From NCBI GenBank assembly GCA_024704765.1, contig JAKMXF010000221.1, positions 124,001-188,000 of the forward strand: a DNA stretch of 64,000 nt, read 5' to 3'. This document shows, piece after piece, positions 59,435 to 64,000 of the stretch (positions within the stretch are counted from its first letter, which is position 1; each line of letters starts with the position of its first letter). Both the position numbers and the translations under genes were made by a program. Under the pieces are notes generated by a model. The model had not been told where the DNA came from and ran no database searches. It worked only from the letters and a program-made list of their open reading frames with translations. This stretch comes from Oopsacas minuta (Eukaryota > Animalia > Porifera).

Positions 59435-61631
59435 ATGGCAAGTGAAGTACAAGACATAGAAAATGTAACAGAAGAAGTTGATAAATCAGCGGAAGAAGCA
59501 CCTCTCTCTATTCCAGTTTCTTTAGAGTTGTTGACATTAGTGTCAGAATGGAGAGCACAACATGGGTTGAAGCATGAGGATTATACTCGCTACAGACGGT
59601 ATTCCATCCACATTTATCTTAATGATAATTTATAATAACTAATGATCATTCTTATACACAAATTAGTTATCTATCTTGACAATAATTTTTCAGTATCCTT
59701 GTAGTTACAATTATGCAACCAGTTCACTGTATTTATATTTTATATTTTGTGTTTAGTTATTGCTCTCGCAAACTTATGAGAATTCGTCGAACTCTTCATT
59801 GCCAGTGCACACAAAAGGGTAAATACAAAATAGCTCCAGTTCTCACTCCTGATGACCTCACTCAGGAGAAACAGCTGTTTGTATGTCTGGTGAGTGCTGA
59901 AAGGTGTTGGAGTTATGCCATGGAGCTTAAGGTGACAGCTGCACAAGAATCCAGACACAAACATAGGTACATTCACAATATTTTGCTGTTGCATTAAACA
60001 TTACTTATATCGTATATATGTAGACAAGTGAGAAAGCTAAGCAAAGCTGTTAAGCACTCAGAAGAATTGTATACTCTCACAGAATCAAATAGAACAGATG
60101 CTCGCTCTAAGCTAGAGACTTCTGCATACAGAGACTGGTTGATAGGAACTCTCTCTCTTGAGAAATTAGAATGGAGTAAAGCTGTACACAGCTTTTCCAA
60201 TTGTAAGGCTGTTTATGAACAGCTGAGTGCAGTAGTGTCTCCAGGACAACAGGTATGCCTGACAGATATATATTATTAGGATATGATGTATTGTCTCTGT
60301 AGACCTTCTACAAGGATATAGCTTCACAATTAGAACTCCACCTACGCTACTGTCGATATAGCCTAAAGCTGGGAACTGAGGCAGGTGGTGAGACAGAGAG
60401 TGCTCTCCTGGAGCTGAGGAGCTCAGATCTGAGTGGACCTCTGGCTGACAAAATCGAAGAAGTGTTGAGACAAACACGTGAGAAGGCTGACACTGGTATA
60501 TCAGAGGTCAAGTGGCTAGGTATCATTTCTGCATTGTATATTATGTATTGTATTATTGTATTTAAATATTAGGCAAGAGTGTACCTATCCGTTCTGGGCG
60601 TGTTCACGACGCGATCAGAATTATTGAAGAGGGAGGAAAAGAGGTAGAAAAGGCGACAGGAAGAGAAGCTAAATTGAAACATTTCGCTAGACTACTGCTA
60701 GACTGTCAAGAGGCAGTACAGAGTATAAAAGATGAGATTGGAATAGAAAAGCAGTCTAAACAGCTACAAGAGAAAGAGCATAGATTGGAACATCTGGGGG
60801 GATTATGTGAGTCATAACTATTATTACTATTACTATATCTTATAAATTTATTCATATATTATCCCAGTGGATTACATCAACTATTGTAAACTAACTCATA
60901 GCACATCACGTAGTCTCCTGATGCTAGAACAACTGATTAAACCGGATAGAGGGGTAGAGGGAGGTAGACCTGAGGAGCTAGTTAGACTCTATGATATTCT
61001 ATTACAGAATAACTTAGACTTAGTAGCTATACAGGGAGTAGAAGAAATGATGGGAATGGAGTTGTCTGTAAGACGAGCTGAATTTCAGGTTTGTAGCTAA
61101 CATCATTGTAGTTTATTATTATTATTTATGAGTATGTAATAGGCACATAGATGTTTCTATCTTGCAGAAGTATATCTAACAGCTGCACGACTTAATGAAG
61201 GATTAGCTTTACTTGAGAAAGCTGCAAGACATGTAACAGAGCTAGAAAAAGTGTGTGCAGATTGGAAAGATACTCGTGTTACTAGTATATTAGAAGATAG
61301 TGAAATATTGAATGGAGACATACGCAGTAAGAGATGTGCTGCTCTTGCTTCTCTCTGTCTAGGCAGTAGTGCCGGAGATATACTGACAGCACCTTCTCGA
61401 CCTAAAGGTCATATAGCAGATTGTCTAGAGCATTATATCGTACTAGATTCAACAGATAAATTGGAAGATTTGCAAATAGTTTCATTTCCACCAGATTATA
61501 AGCCTGCACCTTGTAAACCATATTTCTTTGACTTAGCATTGAACCATGTTACCTTTCCAGAGCTAGAGAGTCACTACTCTAAGAGGGGAGGAGTATTGAG
61601 CTCATTGTTCAAGGGTATCTGGTCTTCTTGA
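59435..61631 (+). CDS. SRP68: Signal recognition particle subunit SRP68, about 7 exons
   Basis: QHGLKHEDYTRYRR|YCSRKL, AERCWSYAMELK, RPEELVRLYD, FPPDYKPAPCKPYFFDLALNHVTFPEL. Confidence 0.93.
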
Positions 61632-61779
61632 AGATTTAGAATAATAATCTAGTTATGTTGTATGCATTTGCTCACTAGAATAATTCGTATATTCTGTATA
61701 GGGAATTTGGCCTTCTTATCCGTAGTGTTGAGCAATTGTCTGTTTACTTTCTCTTAGCAGTTTGTATATTTCTCTAAGA

Positions 61780-63136
61780 ATGGATGAAGCTGGCAATACG
61801 AATTATTATAAAATCTCTGATTTCAGAGGAGAGGTAAATACAGTGTTTAATATCAAATATGAAATATTGCCACAAACATTCAAATATTTTATTTAAATTG
61901 TCTTCTATAGAGCTCGTTTGAGGTTGTTAAGTGTAGATTAACAAATGGTTTGGAGATCGTCAAATGTATATATGAGTTCTTTTTGGTTAGTTTGGTTAGG
62001 TTTCTATTCTCTCAAATATTTGTTATTCTGAATGTTCGTTCCTGCAGCAACTCGCTGGTCTTGAAGAATCATTTGCTCATGGATTACAGAAACTCCTCAG
62101 GAGTGCTTCTTACACGCTACACTCCAACACTCTCATGCAGTGGTTAGGACAAGATCCTTTCGAAGAGACAGGGTGATCACAATTAAATACTTTAAGCTCA
62201 AATGACTGTTTTGAATACCGTTATATTATTTTTAGTACTTTAAAAGAAGCTTGGAATTTAATTGGAGAATGCCTTTCTCTCACTGCTAAGCATCATCTCG
62301 AGAAGGTAGCTACGAATATACATGTTACTGGTACAAGAATTATAGAAATAAGAAATATATTAATTGATATTATTCAGGCTTATTTATTGAAACAAACTGT
62401 CGCAGAACCTCTCAGTGAGACCAAACAACAGTTAGATGATATTAAGAAGCAAGTATGTTATATATTACTGAACGGATAATTTGTGTTACTTTTCCGTTTC
62501 GTTAGAATCTTAAAGAAACAAAGTTTGCATCGACAAAGAAACTAAAGCAACAGTTGAAAACAGTGAGTATAATTGTATAATATATTACTCCTGATGTTAT
62601 GCATCTGTCAATCTAGGAAAAATTAAAGTTTGAGGCGATTACTACAGAGTATAGCAAACTGAGAGGACAACTTGATTTCCCAGGTAAATCCATTTTATAT
62701 TTGATTACTTGCTAGCTAGAGTGAACACGTTATTTTCTTCACTTCTTTCCAAAGAAAGAGTGGACAGGATGTCATCTAAGAATCCTCAGAAGGTTTGATC
62801 TACTATACATATAATTATATTTTATATTGCATCTTTCTTTTTCCCTTTGAATGTGTTAATTGTACGTTTACACGTATTTTATTGCTACATATTCTGGGGA
62901 AATTGGGAGAAGGTGACCCTGTTCATTATATTTGAACCGCATTAGCTTGAAGAGCAGATTAATGTTATTGAAGCACAGCTCCAAGATCAAGAACATCTGT
63001 AAGTTTATTATACGCACACATCTGATGTTTACTGTAATAATTATTATATGGATGTTTTGTTAGATGTACAAAATTGAAACAAGAATACATCATAGCGGAA
63101 AGAGGGGCTAATCTCCAACTTGAATATGTTTACAAT
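61780..63136 (+). CDS. F-BAR/FCH-domain protein, about 10 small exons, 3' end unresolved
   Basis: Spliced translation SDFRGE|SSFEVVKCRLTNGLEIVKCIYEFFL|QLAGLEESFAHGLQKL..GTLKEAWNLIGECLSLTAKHHLEK|AYLLKQTVAEPL matches the FCH consensus. Last recognised donor is GTGAGT at 63137. Confidence 0.75.
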
Positions 63137-63402
63137 GTGAGTGGGCTATTTTTGCATAAGATATCATATCTTATCAGTATATGAGTAATATCACAGTATA
63201 AGAGTAATATCAAAGTACATAAGTAATATCATATAAGTAATATCTTTGAAATAGTTATCACATGTAACTCCCAATTACATAAGAGAAATTTGTGATTATA
63301 ATTATTACCACAGCATGTAATCAAATTACTTTACGATTTTTCCCTTTTCAATGTTGTATATATGATAAATCATATAACTATTCTATCGATTTTTAGCTCA
63401 GA

Positions 63403-64000
63403 ATGAATTATACACGAATCCACCCTAAAATAATTTTGACAGTATTCTCAATTTCTCTTATTATATGTATCGTATTATTAATATTTTATCTTTTCTGGTT
63501 TGTTTATTTCGCGAACGAGGTGCGTTACTTGAAGAAGAAGTTGTGGAGGATAAAACAGGGACGTAGCAATTATGAAAATGACACTCTTTTTATCAAATAC
63601 GAATCTGAATATATTAAGAACAGACTCATGTTATTCGTGACTATTCTTGAACCATTATCCTTTCTTCCAACATTCATAGAAATATTAACTCAGGAATTTT
63701 TTATGGATCCTCTGGAGCAAAGAGAAATTCTAATTAAATGGGTGTTAATTTTAAGTCAGAATGTTTGGTTTTCTCTCACATCCATCATCTACTTAACTTC
63801 GATCTACTTACTCAATCTGCTAACATTTTACCAGATTAACCTACTGCAGAACACGAATGATATAACTTTATTAAAACGAAAACTACGACATTTATTAATA
63901 TTTTCAATTATCCTCGTAGTCATGGCTTTTAGTGTAATTGCCTCCATTATCTCACAGTTTATTGCCGTAGTCCTTATTTCATACTATACGGTTACTCTGA
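63403..64000 (+). CDS. Orphan 7TM protein, family member 3 (runs off the window; not in the ORF track)
   Basis: Open frame of 199 codons to the window end: MNYTRIHPKIILTVFSISLIICIVLLIFYLFWFVYFANEVRYLKKK..YESEYIKNRLMLFVTILE, carrying both family motifs. Confidence 0.8.
   Translation, partial: MNYTRIHPKIILTVFSISLIICIVLLIFYLFWFVYFANEVRYLKKKLWRIKQGRSNYENDTLFIKYESEYIKNRLMLFVTILEPLSFLPTFIEILTQEFFMDPLEQREILIKWVLILSQNVWFSLTSIIYLTSIYLLNLLTFYQINLLQNTNDITLLKRKLRHLLIFSIILVVMAFSVIASIISQFIAVVLISYYTVTL

Noticed and set aside
63160-63245. Degenerate AGTAATATCA repeats
   Set aside because: Short AT-rich intronic slippage repeat with no further structure.

Overview
This is eukaryotic (animal) nuclear DNA: AT-rich, about 30 genes in 64 kb, mostly intronless or with introns of about 50-150 nt. 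The metazoan gene set and compactness resemble a compact sponge genome such as the glass sponge Oopsacas (inference, not verified). I rebuilt spliced models by hand from GT-AG sites and reading phase. (1) Most long introns contain whole genes. PAXIP1-like lies in SBDS intron 1; MCTS1 and ATG12 lie in KIF3B intron 2. A six-exon gene spanning 11.5 kb, seen only as fragments in the ORF track, encodes PUB-UBA-coiled coil-UBX-thioredoxin fold and hosts an antisense 7TM gene and a same-strand nucleoredoxin-like/PH gene. (2) Three dispersed, intronless, very divergent 7TM genes share exact motifs (W-x6-E-x5-KK and Y-x5-K-x10-E); one is missing from the ORF track. (3) Selenoprotein N has an in-frame UGA and a type II SECIS. 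(4) A local duplication flanking a Harbinger-like MITE left a 44-aa ORF equal to a caspase tail without the catalytic domain. (5) Many start codons sit just downstream of acceptor-like AGs within long co-oriented gene runs, weakly suggesting SL trans-splicing or operons. I found no tRNA, rRNA or CRISPR. All family assignments are from motif recognition; no database searches were run.
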